Assembly: GCF_006345805.1 (NCBI RefSeq)
Contig: NC_042998.1
Span: forward strand, 143,096,001-143,160,000
DNA length: 64,000 nucleotides
Reading direction: 5' to 3'
Origin: Octopus sinensis
Taxonomy: Eukaryota
This document shows positions 25,012-37,745 of this stretch, one piece after another (position 1 is the first letter of the stretch; the number at the start of each line of letters is the position of its first letter). The notes under the pieces were generated by a model, which saw only the letters and a program-made list of their open reading frames with translations, did not search any database and was not told the DNA's origin. The position numbers and the translations under genes are program-made.

Positions 25012-26180
25012 CTGTTGGAAAGCAAATTATTACAAAAAGTCAATAAGAAGATAAATGTTTACAGATAAATCAGTGCATTTATTTGTTTATAACATGAGAA
25101 ATTCAACATCAGAAAAATCAGAGTTGAAACTGAATAATGCAGGCCAGCATTATTTGTTTGTTTATCTAACATCCAATTTTCCATGTTTGTATAGGTTGGA
25201 GAAAGGACATATTTGAAGTAGGAATTTATAAATGGATGTCCTTCCTGACACTAACATTTATCTATATTTCAAAGAAGGGATTCTTTTCTTTTATTCCATG
25301 GGTCTTCAAAAGTGTAGAATGTCAACATTGTCATAATGTCAACATTCACATACACCTACACACACCTACAATATTGGTTTCAAATTTTGGCACAAGGCCA
25401 GAAAGCACTAGGGAGGGAGCAAGTCAATTACACTGACTCCCATTCTTCAGCTGGTACTGATTTTATTGACCACAAAAGGATAAAAAGAAAGTAGACCTTG
25501 GCCGAATTTGAACTTAGAACATAAAGACAGATGAAATGCCACTAAGCATTTTGTCTGGCATGCTACTGATTCTGCCAACTCACCACCTTACACATATATA
25601 CAATATTGTCAATGTTATCATCATTACCACCCTGTTGTTAGCATCCCTCAACTCATGCACCCACCCATCTTTCAATCCTTCCTAATCTTTAGAGAGATTG
25701 CCTACCTCCCTTTCTCCCACTTCCCCTACTCCCTCCATACACTCTTGCAAATCACCTCTGCTCACTATTCCTCCTCCCTGAGGTGCCACCATTATTTGTC
25801 TCTTTGGAGATACTATCAAATCATTCTCACTTTCTCTCCTAAATGTTGATAGCTATGTACTTCTTCTACAACATAATTTGCTCAACCCCACTTTTGTTTC
25901 ATATCTCAACCACCTTACATCTAATATAAGGACGCAACACCACTCTCTTCTCAGCTGTTGTAGACTTACGAGATACAGGGTGACCTCAGTAGTGCTGGTG
26001 GCACAAAAAAAAGTACCTAGTTCACTCTGCAAAGTGGTTGGCATTAGGAAGGGCATCCAGCCATAATAACCATGTCAAAATAGACACAGGAGCACAATGA
26101 AGTCCTTGGATCCATCATATCCCTGTCAAACTGTCCAACCCATGCCAGCACGAAACAGGAAGGTTAATTGATGCTCTTGG

Positions 26181-26215
<35 letters not shown>

Positions 26216-26849
26216 GTGACTCAGTGGGTGTGCAGTGATGTAGAAACTCGTGCAACATATTGTCTGATGATGTCATTCATAATCCAGCAGTTTTTTTTTC
26301 ACACATCCTGTCAATAAGCCTTAAATCTCATGTGATTTGACAAGAAATTTCCATTCAGTCTTGATGTTATTTTGAACAAACCATTTAACATTTAAGCTAG
26401 GAAGCACAGAATACTACAGAGTAGCAACGAAGACAGTAGTGGGAGAAGGGGAGCTTGGAAAAGTGGATGCTAATGATGATGATCATCATCATACAGTCCC
26501 TGGCTAGCATTTTCACTCGCAAGGCACTGGTTAGCCTGAAGCTACAATAGAAAACACTTGTCCAAGGTGCTGTGCACTGAAGTAGAACTTGAGACCATAT
26601 AGTAGCAAGGGGATCTCCATATGCACACAACCATGCCTCCCACTACAATTATTACAAGATAAATTGGCAAAATTTTTCTGCCATACAATATTGCACTTCT
26701 GGTATATGAATACAAGAAAACAATATCACCATTCAAGTCTTCTCTCTTCATTTATGCATCTGAAACCCTAATCCATTTTTCTACACCCACACACGTATAT
26801 ATAAATAATAATAATAATAATAATCTAAAAGACTTCAATAAACACTTAC

Positions 26850-26964
26850 TTTTTTCTTCATCAAGGAGAGATAATTTTCAGCCAGTCCAAGTTTTAAGTA
26901 TCCACGAGCCAGGGATGTGGCTAAAGAGTCAGTAATGTTTGCAGCATCAACACTGTGACGGAAC
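26850..26964 (-). CDS. MRPS27: MRPS27 exon 5 (FRHSVDAANITDSLATSLARGYLKLGLAENYLSLMKKK)
   Basis: aaacag acceptor, GTAAGT donor, 115 nt, phase 2->0. FRHS motif and PPR-like helix pair. Confidence 0.92.
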
Positions 26965-28036
26965 CTGTTTGTTTAGAAACAAACGATAACATAAACAACA
27001 TTTTCTGCTGAATTTCCCATCTCCTCCTCCTCCTCACCACCTATTTGGTTGGAAAGTAAACTTCTAAGATCACACAGCCATGCCAGCATTCATTAAAATC
27101 ACTTTTATGATATTACTTTTGCTATATACGAGTACTCTTCTTAAATAAGACAAGTAAGCTATACATCAAAAACATGTGCCATAAAATTTGTCGACGACTT
27201 GTGAGAAGTGAAACCGTTTACTTTGGCTATGAGTAACGTATGAATTATCTCCCTTGCATTACAAGGGCGAAAACTGGCAATTCCTTTCTTTATAATCAGA
27301 AGCAGAGCGCAGGCGACCTGAATAGTCATGATGACAGCACCCAGTACACTGTACTGTAAAAATTAGAGCTCAACGCAGTCCATGGACCCGCTGAATCTCT
27401 TCAAACCGTCTAATCCAAGCTGGCATAGAAGAGAGGCATTAAAAATGGTGAGAGAAATTGTAACACACTATCAACTCTTTTACTCATGGGTGAATGTGTG
27501 TGTGGATGTGTGTGTGCCTTATTCTTAAACCCACTAAGTTTTAATTAGTGTATTGTCTAATCGTTTTCAGGTCCCATAATTAGCTGCATAAAAATAGTCC
27601 GATTCTTTATTACCTATAGAAGGCTAAATATAGATGCTTCACGACAATACAAAATGTAACAAAACATAAACTCGGAGAACTAAAAATACAAAAAAGAGAT
27701 GAAATAAGAAGAAAAAATAAAAGAAATGAACGATAATATGAAAGAGTGAAAAACGAGGTGCAATGCCCACTCATATTCCTCTCTTGGCATCTTCACTCTC
27801 ACCAGTTCTTTTCCATTTTGCAATTTTTCTCTCCGCATCCACACTCTTCCCATAAAAACAGTCACCAGAATAAAAGTTTGTAAGTAAAATCAATCAAGTG
27901 TGAATGCACCAAGAGAAAACTGGAAACTAAACCAACTGAGACAAGAAAATAATGAAGTTGGTAATTCCTTTAGAACTATCGTTTTCATAAAAACAGGGAG
28001 ATATTTCTGTAAAACAGCTGTAAATCTGTTGCTTAC

Positions 28037-28101
28037 CTGTACAGAAGTTTTTCAACTTTCTTTATATCGCTAGCTTCTAGTTCATCTACTTTGTTAGCCA
28101 A
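28037..28101 (-). CDS. MRPS27: MRPS27 exon 4 (LANKVDELEASDIKKVEKLLYR)
   Basis: tttatag acceptor, GTAAGC donor, 65 nt, phase 0->2. Joins the next exon to give the conserved LY(K/R)FRHS motif. Confidence 0.9.
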
Positions 28102-28616
28102 CTATAAAATAGAACACAAATATGGTACATTTCAAAAGTTGATTTCTTGTTTAAGGCAGTATTTAAGCATCTCTATAAAAAATATAAAATGTTAGATGGT
28201 TTCTCTAGTCATCGTATAGAAAGAGCAGAAGAGAAAGTGATACAGGATGAGTGCACATACAAAGCTTGGTAGCAGGCAAAGAATTATAGAGCACAACACA
28301 CACAGAGTGAGAAAAAGAATTGAAGAACATCACACACACACTGAGAGAAATAATCAGATTCAGAAGAAAAGAAGAAGGGAGAAAATTATAAGTTATGTCT
28401 TATTTAATTATATTTTAAGGGAATAAATATTTTTCTTTTGAAAATTAGTATTCATTTCATCATTACATATAAATACCAAAAAAATTCAATAAAATATATA
28501 TTATAATTATTGTATGTTATGGCCATATTTCCTGATATTACTTATGATGTGGCAAAAGTAAACTACCAAAGTTACTTGTCATAAGATGGACAACATTCTA
28601 GTCTTGTGTGAGCAAC

Positions 28617-28762
28617 AGGCACAGGTGCCGCTGTGTGGTAAGAAGCTTGCTTCAGGGTTCAGTCATACTGCGTTGAACCTGAGGCAAGTGTGTTCTACAA
28701 AAGCCTCAGGCACCAAAGCCTTGTGAGTGGATTTGGTAGATGGAAACTGAAAGAAGCCCATC

Positions 28763-28793
<31 letters not shown>

Positions 28794-28980
28794 TATGTGT
28801 GTGTCTTTGTGTCTGTGTTTACCTCCCGCCACCACTTGACAAGTGGTGTTGGTGTGTTTGTCCCCGCCGTAACTTAGCTGCTTGGCAAAAGATATCAACT
28901 GAATAAGTACTGGAATCAATTCATTCGACTATAAATTCTTCAAGGCAGTGTCCCAGCATGGCCACAGTCTAATGACTATT
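28617..28980 (+). mobile_element. abundant tRNA-derived SINE with internal microsatellite, near full length
   Basis: GGCACAGGTG...TGTGTGGTAAGAAGCTTGCTT...GGGTTCAGTC head, (TA)n(CA)n hub, body ending CAGCATGGCCACAGTC. Confidence 0.85.
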
Positions 28981-29461
28981 TCCTATTCTCATTTCACTTG
29001 TGAGAGTTCTTTTAGTCTTGCAAGTTACAAGGTGACACTGCTAGTGCCATAAAAAAAAAAGCATCCAGCACACTCTGTAAAGTGGTTGGTACCAGGAAGG
29101 ACACCCAACATAGAAACCATGCCAAAAACTGAAATATTGGAGCAAAGTGTGATCCTCCAGCTTGTTGGATCCTGCTGAAATGTCCAATCCATGCCAGTAT
29201 GGAAAACAACTGGCCAGATGCCTTTCTTGTCACCAACTCCTGCCTGTTTCCAAGTTATGTAATACTCTCTCACCTGTCAAACAAATATAGCTCAGACATG
29301 TTTCAATTTTCATTCACAATATTGACTCACAAGACTTTGATCAGTTCAGGGACTATAGTAGGGGGTACTTGTTCAAGGATCCATGTAGTGGGACTGAATC
29401 CAAAACTACACAGCTTCATACCTTCAACAATAATCTATAAAGCATCATTACATTAACTTAC

Positions 29462-29532
29462 AATATCAATGTCAACAAATGAAATATTCTTTTCTTTTTC
29501 AGCTTTTTCAGCTAATTTGTAGAGGAAATCAT
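29462..29532 (-). CDS. MRPS27: MRPS27 exon 3 (NDFLYKLAEKAEKEKNISFVDIDI)
   Basis: ttgcag acceptor, GTAAGT donor, 71 nt, phase 1->0, open frame. Confidence 0.85.
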
Positions 29533-30837
29533 CTGCAATGAAAACAAAGATAATTGATAAAATATAAGAACCTGGATAATTAAATGAAATAAATTATTGC
29601 TGAAACAACTTCACATCACTATGTCTTTTCTCCCCAGAATGTAACCTCACTCTGGAATTCCTTCCCTTCTCATGCCTTTCCCACAAGTGTTGAATTACAA
29701 AGGTCTAAGAGGAACATTGATGACACCATTCTCACTGGACTAGGAGGGTCTGTAGAGGCTATAGGTACAGCCCTATCTTCCAGACTAGGCAAGTAAGAAA
29801 AATCACATAATAACAGTGAAGTGCAGACATGGTTGTGTGGTTAAGAAGTTTCTTCCTAACCAAATGGTCCTGGGTTCACTCCTGCTGCATGCCACTTAGG
29901 GCAAGTGTATCTTTCTATAGCAACCAGACAAATAAAGGCCTTGTGAATGAATTTGATAGACAGAAACTAAAAGAAAGCCTGTAGTACATACATACATATG
30001 TGTGTAGTGGTTGGACTCTGTAAAGTGGTTGGTGTTAGGAAAGGCATCCAGTTGTAGAAACCATGCCAAAGCAGACACTGAAGTTTGGTGCAGTCCTCTG
30101 GTTTGCCTGTTCCTGTTGAATTGTCTAACCTATGCCAGCATGGAAAGTGGATGTTGAACGATGATGATGATGATGTGTGTGTGAGTGAGTTTGAATCTCC
30201 TTGCCTCAATGTTGTGTGATAATTGTAAATGAGTCCCAAGCAGTGTCATTCATCTCCAATATTTTGTGAAAATCGTATTTGACCATGGGGAACTATTACC
30301 TTACTTAGAAATAGGTGAGGGTTAGCAACAGCAAGGGCAATAACTCTATCCGATTCATGCAAGCATGGAAAAGTGGATATTAAAATGATGAGGATGATGA
30401 TGACGAAAGGTAGAATTTGTCAGCCAGGCAAACTGAGGTAAACACGGGGACACAAAACTGACTATATTAAGAGGTTACTTTATGACCAAAGATCAGCCTA
30501 GCATCATGACCTTCCAATTATAGGCTCCCTTCCACATTAAATATAAACCACATCCTGCCCTCTTTCTCTTTACATCAACCCTTCAGCATTCTGTGTATTT
30601 ATTCATTGTTTTGAATTAATCATGCATTATCTTGCAGCTTCAAAATTTCAATGGAGTGTTTGAATATTCTGAGAATGACATTGTAGGGTAGGTGTGAGAG
30701 GTTAGATCTAGTCAGTTTTAACATAAAACAGGTAGAATATTTGGGCTGGATATAGCCAGATTAAATGCTAAAGGGTTAAATGTATTATATTCCCTAACCC
30801 CATTTGTTTAGTACTCAGGGAAAAAACATATACTTAC

Positions 30838-30924
30838 TACAAGGGACTTGAAGTTCCTGAGAATTCATTCTTTCTTCCCATTTTGTTTGGCATTGATATG
30901 CATCACTGAGCAGATGACGACAGA
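30838..30924 (-). CDS. MRPS27: MRPS27 exon 2 (VCRHLLSDAYQCQTKWEERMNSQELQVPC)
   Basis: tttcattgcag acceptor, GTAAGT donor, 87 nt, phase 1->1. Resembles the mS27 N-terminal R.LLS.AY....WE.R motif. Confidence 0.9.
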
Positions 30925-31734
30925 CTGCAATGAAAGAAACAAATTAAATTGTAACAATGAGGATTCTGTTTGTTTGATGAATTGAATTACCAACCCCTGA
31001 ATTAATGTGTAAGTGGCTGAGTATTTCACAGAAATGTGCACCTTTAATGCAAGTCTCAGGCAGAATCAATATGACACAGCATGTGACAAGGATATACCTT
31101 TTGAATTATAGGAATAATCCACCAAATGTGCTTCATTAAAGTCTCCATCTACTTAATCTCAATAGTAAGTTATGGGTTGACATAATGCTATAGAAAATGA
31201 CATTTGACCACAGTGACATGCAGTGAGATTGAACCTGAGACTTCATGGTTGTGAAACGAACTACTAAACCATTTGGCTGTACTGTGCATACAACAAATTG
31301 TATAGAGAGAAGGGAAGAGAGAGTAAAAATGGGATGCGGAGAGAGTTATCGTAAGAGGTACAGAATGTACACACACTTGGCTTGATTGTAGGCAATAAGT
31401 GAAAGATAATTTTTTACACACACACACTGTGAGAGAAAGAATCACAGAAGCAAAGGAGGAAGACACAGGGGGAGTAAATGATACAGAAGTTATGGAAAAA
31501 GTTTAAATATTTTTCTTTTGAAAATTAATATACATTATTTCATTATTTTGAATAAGCAATAAGAAATTTGATAAAAGTTAAATTATAATTATTGCCTGTA
31601 CAACATATTTCTTGATATTACCTAAAGTGGAAAAAGTTTATTTCTAAAGGTACCTGTCAATATGAGGGGTAACACTAGTCTTTTTATATTCAAAAACTTT
31701 ATTTAAAGTTATTTAAAGATACAGGGTTTGTGCG

Positions 31735-31995
31735 CAGCTCCCGTGCAGGTAGCACGTAAAAACACCTTTTGAGCATGGTCATTGCCAGAACCACCTGACT
31801 GGCCCTCGTGCCGGTGGCACATTAAAGCACCCACTACACTCCCAGAGTGGTTGGCATTAGGAAGGGCATCCAGTTATAGAAACATTGCCAGATCAGATTG
31901 AGTCTGGTGCAGCCTCTGGCTCACCAGTCCTCAGCCAAACTGTCCAACCCATGCCAGCATGGAAAGGGGACATTAAACGACAACGATGATAATGA
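31735..31995 (+). mobile_element. RTE 3'UTR-only copy (representative of many 150-300 bp RTE-tail copies in both orientations)
   Basis: Matches 15020-15279. Similar copies at ~4130-4315, 5720-5950, 6940-7120(-), 24620-24790, 25990-26170, 29040-29205, 30020-30175, 40205-40460(-) and 53000-53190. Confidence 0.85.
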
Positions 31996-32179
31996 TATAT
32001 ATATATATATATATATATCATCATCATTTAACGTCTATTGTCAATGCTGGCATGGGTTGGATGGTGTGATCAGAGCTACCAAGCTGGGGGGGGGGATGCA
32101 CCAGACTTCAGTCTGATTTCACATGGTTTCTATGGCTGGATGCCCTTCTTAACACCAACCACTTTACAGAGTGTGCTAG

Positions 32180-32483
32180 GTGCTTTTATGTGGCACCACA
32201 TTGGTGCTTTTACATGGAACTACATGGGTGGTTTTATATGGCACCACATGGGCACTTTTACGTGGCACTTCACAGGTGTTTTTTTATGACACTGCATGGG
32301 CACTTTTATGAGATGCTGCATTTTATGTTGCATCATACAGGTGCTTTTACGTGGCATCACACAGGCGCTTTTCTGTGGTACTTTGATGTGACATCACATG
32401 GGCGCTTTTATGTGGCATCGCATGGGCACTTTTATGTGTCATTACATGGGCGCTTTTACATGGGATCGTATGGGTACTTTTAC
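32180..32483. repeat. ~24-bp minisatellite (~12 units) derived from the RTE 3'UTR motif
   Basis: Units like GTGCTTTTACGTGGCACCACATGG, contiguous with a minus-strand RTE tail at 32018-32180. Confidence 0.85.
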
Positions 32484-35400
32484 TTTACACAACCAGAAGG
32501 ATCAGTCTTAACACTTCTGCTGCAACATATATATATATATATATATGTTCCTTTAATCACACTTTACCCTCTCACATCACTCTTTTCCCTCTCTTTCTCG
32601 TACACATATCATACTTCCTGATATTAACCCATGGTAGCAAAAATATACTTCCTAAGCTACATGCCTTATGAAGAGGAACATTCTACTATCTGTGTAAAGC
32701 GTTCTTTCTTTTATTTGTTTTAGTCATTAGACTGTGGCCATGCTGGGGTGCCACCTCGAAGAATTTTAGTTGAACTAATCGACCCCAGTACTTATTATCT
32801 TTTTAAGCACGGCACTTATTTTATTGGTCTCACTTTGGCTACATTATAATTATAACAGCCTACTATATTATAACTATAAAAAGCAATATTTGCCAACCTC
32901 ACTATAATAGCTTTGGGTTTCAAATATATTGATTTGAACCTTATGAATGAAATGGAGATTTGAAATGAAAAGTAGGGTAGTTATCAACAAATATTAACAC
33001 TTTTGTTACAATAATTCTGTTGACTTTGTTGAAATTGATTTTAAAATAAAGAATTTAATAGAATAACTTTGCTGTTATTAAAAGGGTCTTTAAAACAGAT
33101 TAATGAGAAATTTTAATGGAAAGTTTTAACTTAGATCACTTTAAACATGAAGTTTATATTACTGAATCAGGGGCAGTCTTAGGCAAGTTGGTATCAAAAG
33201 GATTGAATTAAAGAAGCCAAAATGGATCCAGCCAGAAATCAAATATTGGTTTCTCAAGAAATTAAAGTTCTAAAAAACTTGACAAAAGGATTGATTATCG
33301 TAGTGGAAGACGAACAACTGTAGTTTTTTGTTATTTTCACTTGTGAGTAGTTCTGTAGCTCCTCTATAACAAGAAACCTGTACTATTCTGGACCTCTTTC
33401 TCTCACTTTAACCCTTCAGCCTATAGCATAAAGCCATCTCCCTCACTACTGTAACCGTATTCAGTCGAAAAAAATCTTAGTTTTGCAGGCTCCATGGCAA
33501 CCTAGCTTGTGCTGGGACCATGAAAAGAAGCACCCAGTATATGCTGTCAAGTGGTTTGTGTTAGGGAGGGCATCCAGCCACAGAAATCATACAAATCATT
33601 CAAGCATGATGCAGTGTTGGATTCAGTCAAACCGTTCAACTCATACCAGCATTAGTTGGTCACATGCACACGTACGCACACACACACACACGACAAATTT
33701 TTTGTTTCCTTTTACCAAATTCACTCACCAGACTTTGGTTGGCGCGAGATTATAATAGAGGACACTTGCCTAAGGCGCCACTCAGTGGGGCTGAACCTGA
33801 AGCCAGATGTGTGTATGTGTGTGTCCGGCTCACGATCATAAAATTGTGAGTTCAATTCCTGGACTGGTCAGCATGTTGTGCCATTGAACAAGGCATTTCA
33901 TTTCATGTCGCTTCAATCCATTCAACTGAATATGAACATCAGCTCTGTGCTGATGCAGTTCTCGCTCCTAGTTACCCCATTCTGGATGTTCTACTGGGTT
34001 ATGATTGGGTGGGGTGTAGAAGGCGAAAGAATGGTACATGTAACCAAGTTATATTTGCTGGCGATTGACGACTGTCTGGCTATAACTATACATTATACTG
34101 GCCTCATGAAATCGGATCACCAGAAGCTTTTACAGTATTTATATAAAAGTTGCATATGTATCTCTACAAGATTTTATTCATTAAATACGTTTAGAAAATC
34201 CGAATATTCTGTAGATACTGAAAAAAAAATATCTCGTTTTCTTGTGGAGGACGAGTCCCATTAAAAAGCAAGGTAAACTTTTATTACACCAGTCTCCACA
34301 TTCTGCTGAGGGCTTTCGAAATAGCTATCACCATCACATGAAGAAGAAAAGGGCAAGAAATCGGGAAGTTGTTCCCGTCTATGAAAGAATTTATATGCAA
34401 AAAATTGTATTTTTTACATTCCTAACCCTTCAATTCCGTGCCCTATAACGGTAAATTTCTACTTTTCGTCTTACGAGATGAGTGTAATTGTAAATTAATA
34501 CCAAAAGAAAGGTGGCTTTACTGTGACCTTGAAATGAATTGTCCCAAACAGTTCAATTTTCAAAATAACACATCAGCCCAGTCAATGACATTTCTTCACA
34601 AGAATACAATAATTTAGATTTTTATAGAAGAGAAATAAGAAACCGACTTCAAGATTTAGTTATAAAACATAAAAAGCACAAGGATACTTCATAACACTGG
34701 AATGATTGAGTTTCTTTTTTATATATATATAATTAAAATTAACAATTGATGTAAAATAACTAGACAGAAATATAAAACTGTATTTCTATCAACGTATTTT
34801 TTAACAGTGAGTTGACTGATTCTGCTAACTGCGATTCTGTGATATTCCTACTTTCGTCAAGGGCATTAACGGTTTAGTTGGAATGGTCACACCTCTGAAT
34901 GAAAACTGGATTCGACGTCGGTGCAAAGAATTAAGTGAACTTGAGTCTTAACAAAGTTTATAACCGATAAAAATAAAAGGGGGGGGGGATATGACGGGAC
35001 ATGTGTACCATATCTAGTAGTATTTCGACAAGGTTTCTACTATGAGATTTTTTTTCTTTTTCATAACCAAACGGTTTATAATTTGGACCTAAGATTAGTA
35101 ATTTTGAAGGAAGCAGGTTAGACAATACCATTCACCTCAGAGCTTAACTGTCACTTTATTTTTATCGACCTCAGGAAGATGAAAGGCAAAATCGATCTAG
35201 GCGTGATTTGAACCAAGAACGTAAAGAGCCGGTATAAATACCACCGCTCTAACAATTTTACCAATGCATCACCCTAGTTAAATTACATTACGTAAAGTAA
35301 GTCCTTTATGCTCACATTACTGAATGATCAAGCTGTCTTTTAAGTAAAAAATAAATAACTAACACTTTAAGAACTGTCAAAATACAAGATATTTGCTAAA

Positions 35401-35566
35401 TTACCGATGTGAGAGACTTTAATATTGAAAAGTTAAACCGCTGCCACAAAGGGGGAGGAAGGGCCGATGAGAATATTTAAGACATAACAGAATAACATTG
35501 TAAATTAAATAAATATCAAACAGAATGAATAAAGCATTATATGTGTGGAATACGAATCATTTTTAC

Positions 35567-35648
35567 CTGAGAAGTTTAATCCAGGAAATATTTGACTACT
35601 CCGTTTTATAGATCGATACAGAGACCGAAGAACACATGGTTGAGCCAT
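35567..35648 (-). CDS. MRPS27: MRPS27 exon 1 (start codon; putative mitochondrial presequence MAQPCVLRSLYRSIKRSSQIFPGLNFS)
   Basis: ATG at 35648-35646; 82 nt; donor GTAAAA at 35566. Arg/Ser/Leu-rich with no acidic residues. Phase 1 joins exon 2 in frame. Confidence 0.8.
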
Positions 35649-35697
35649 GACTGAGAGAGAACAGAACATACAAAGCGTGTGCTGTTTGTTGCTTTAT

Positions 35698-35714
35698 TCA
35701 CTTCCGTCGGAAAT
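35698..35714. promoter_or_regulatory. candidate MRPS27 core promoter element: inverted ETS-like sites (ACTTCCG-T-CGGAAAT)
   Basis: TTCCG/CGGAA cores ~55 nt upstream of the ATG in otherwise CpG-poor DNA. ETS/GABP sites are common in promoters of nuclear-encoded mitochondrial genes. Confidence 0.4.
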
Positions 35715-36504
35715 AGATAACAGTTGCTCTACTTGATTTGGAGCCTGAACAGTTTTTGTTGTTTTAATAAATACCATCGACTGCTTTAATGTTAATATTT
35801 TTGTGCGGTTATTTTAAATTGAAGAGAATTGCTTGTGATCTTTTGAAAGAGTATCTGAGACTTGTAGGTGAAGATATCATATCTCGTGAACTGCTGGAAT
35901 AGGAAACAACACATCAGGATGGGTTTATATTAGAGGGCATAACTACACAAATATGACTCACTGACATTTGTTTCCTCATAAAATTCTGACAAATGGATAT
36001 TTTTAAATGAAATTTTCTACAAATTCTTTTTAGGTGGTGTAGATTGCGTTTATATTGGAATTTACCGTGGAAGATTTTTCATAGGAAGGGAGGAATTTTG
36101 GATAATCCTCATGTCCTGATATGGATGTTATTTCTTCTCAACAAAATTGTAATCTACATCATCGGAACATGTAAGGAAACGAAGTCGGGGGCATATAATG
36201 CCTACTCCCAACCCATTTTTTTCTTTCCACATTAAATTCCGATATAATCGTTATCTATACCATCTGAAAAGCATTTGTAGAAAATTTCAACAAATACTAA
36301 TTTCTCAGAAAGTTATGAGGAAACGAAGTCAGGGTGAGGTGCATTTCTGTAGTTACGCCAGAAGATCTGGTCCAACTTTTTGCATCTGAACGGACTATGA
36401 TGAAGGCACTGAAAAGGCAGGTGCAGGGTTGACTCAAGGCAGCGGCAACTCGGGCAGTCGCCCGAGGTGCCAACTGCATTTCTGACACAAAGTCAGTAGA
36501 CTTG

Positions 36505-37630
36505 AGAGAAGGGGAAGTCAATTACATCAACCCCAATGCCCAACTGGTACTTATTCTATTGATCCCAAAAGGATGAAAGGCAAAGTCACCCTTGAGGAAA
36601 TTTTAACTCAGAACCTAAAGAGCTGGAACAAATATCACATGACACTTTGTCAACATTTAAATGATTCTAGCCAGCCATCACCCTTAATAGGGATTCTTTC
36701 TAAGTTTGGCACAAGGCCAGTAATTTTGAGGGGAGTAGAATCAATTACATTGACCTCAGTAATTGACTAGTACTTTATTTCATCAACTCCAAAAGGATGA
36801 AAGGTAAAGTTGAGATTTTGGCAGGATTTGAACTCAGAATGAAAAGTGCTGGAAAAATGCTGCTAAGCATTTTGTCAGATGCACTAATGATTCTATCAGC
36901 TTGCTACCTTAATAATACAGTAATGATGTTGATGATATTGATGACCTTAATTATAAATTTTGGTGCAAGGTCAGCAATTTGTGGGGAGGGAGTAAGTCAG
37001 TTACCTCAACCCCAGTATTCAGCTGATACTTATTTTATCTACCCTGAAAAGGTGAAAGCAAAGTTGACCCTGGCAGAATTTGAACTCAGAACATAGAAAC
37101 AGATGAAATGCCACTAAGCATTTTGCCCAGTGTGCTAATGATTCTGCCATCTTGCCACCTTAATAATAATAATAATAATCCTTTCTACTAAAGGCACAAG
37201 GCCTGAAATTTTGTGGGAGGGGGCAAGCTGATTATATTGACCTCAATTGGTACTTAATTCATCAACTCTGAAAGGATGAAAGGCAAAGTTGACCTCAGCA
37301 GAATTTGAACTCAGAATGCAAAGTAGGACGAAATGCTGCTAAGCATTTTGTCCAGTGTGCTAATGATTCTGCCAGCTTGTCACCTTGATAATGATAATAA
37401 CAATAATAATAATAATCTTTTCTACAATAGGTACAAGGGCTGAAATTTGGGCGGAGTAGGATAGTTGATTACATCGACCCCCAGTACTCCACTGGTACTT
37501 ATTTTATCGACCCTGAAAGGATGATAGGTGAAGTTGATGTTGGAGGAAATTGAACTCAAAACACAAAGACAGATGAAATACTGCTAAGCATATTGTCGTG
37601 TGCTAACGATTCTGCCAGCTCACCACCTTA
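36505..37630 (-). mobile_element. array of five head-to-tail Meta-domain-like SINE copies separated by (AAT)n-rich spacers
   Basis: Five repeats of ..GGTACTTATTTTATCGACCCTGAAAGGATGAAAGGCAAAGTTGACC..GAATTTGAACTCAG..GATTCTGCCAGCT, each ~190-215 bp. Confidence 0.9.
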
Positions 37631-37695
37631 AATAAGAATAATAAAAAAAAGAAAATAATAATAATAATAACAACAACAACAACAACAACAACAAC

Positions 37696-37745
<50 letters not shown>

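Noticed and set aside
32190-32621. 143-aa His/Gly/Phe/Tyr repeat protein
   Set aside because: Reading frame through the 24-bp minisatellite inside MRPS27 intron 1; no splice or homology support.
34235-36400. Possible DNA-transposon remnants at ~34235-34450 and ~36160-36400
   Set aside because: No convincing transposase motif or matching TIR pair could be established by eye.
36505-37630. Regularly spaced repeats resembling a CRISPR array
   Set aside because: Units are ~200-bp eukaryotic SINEs with no unique spacers and no cas genes.
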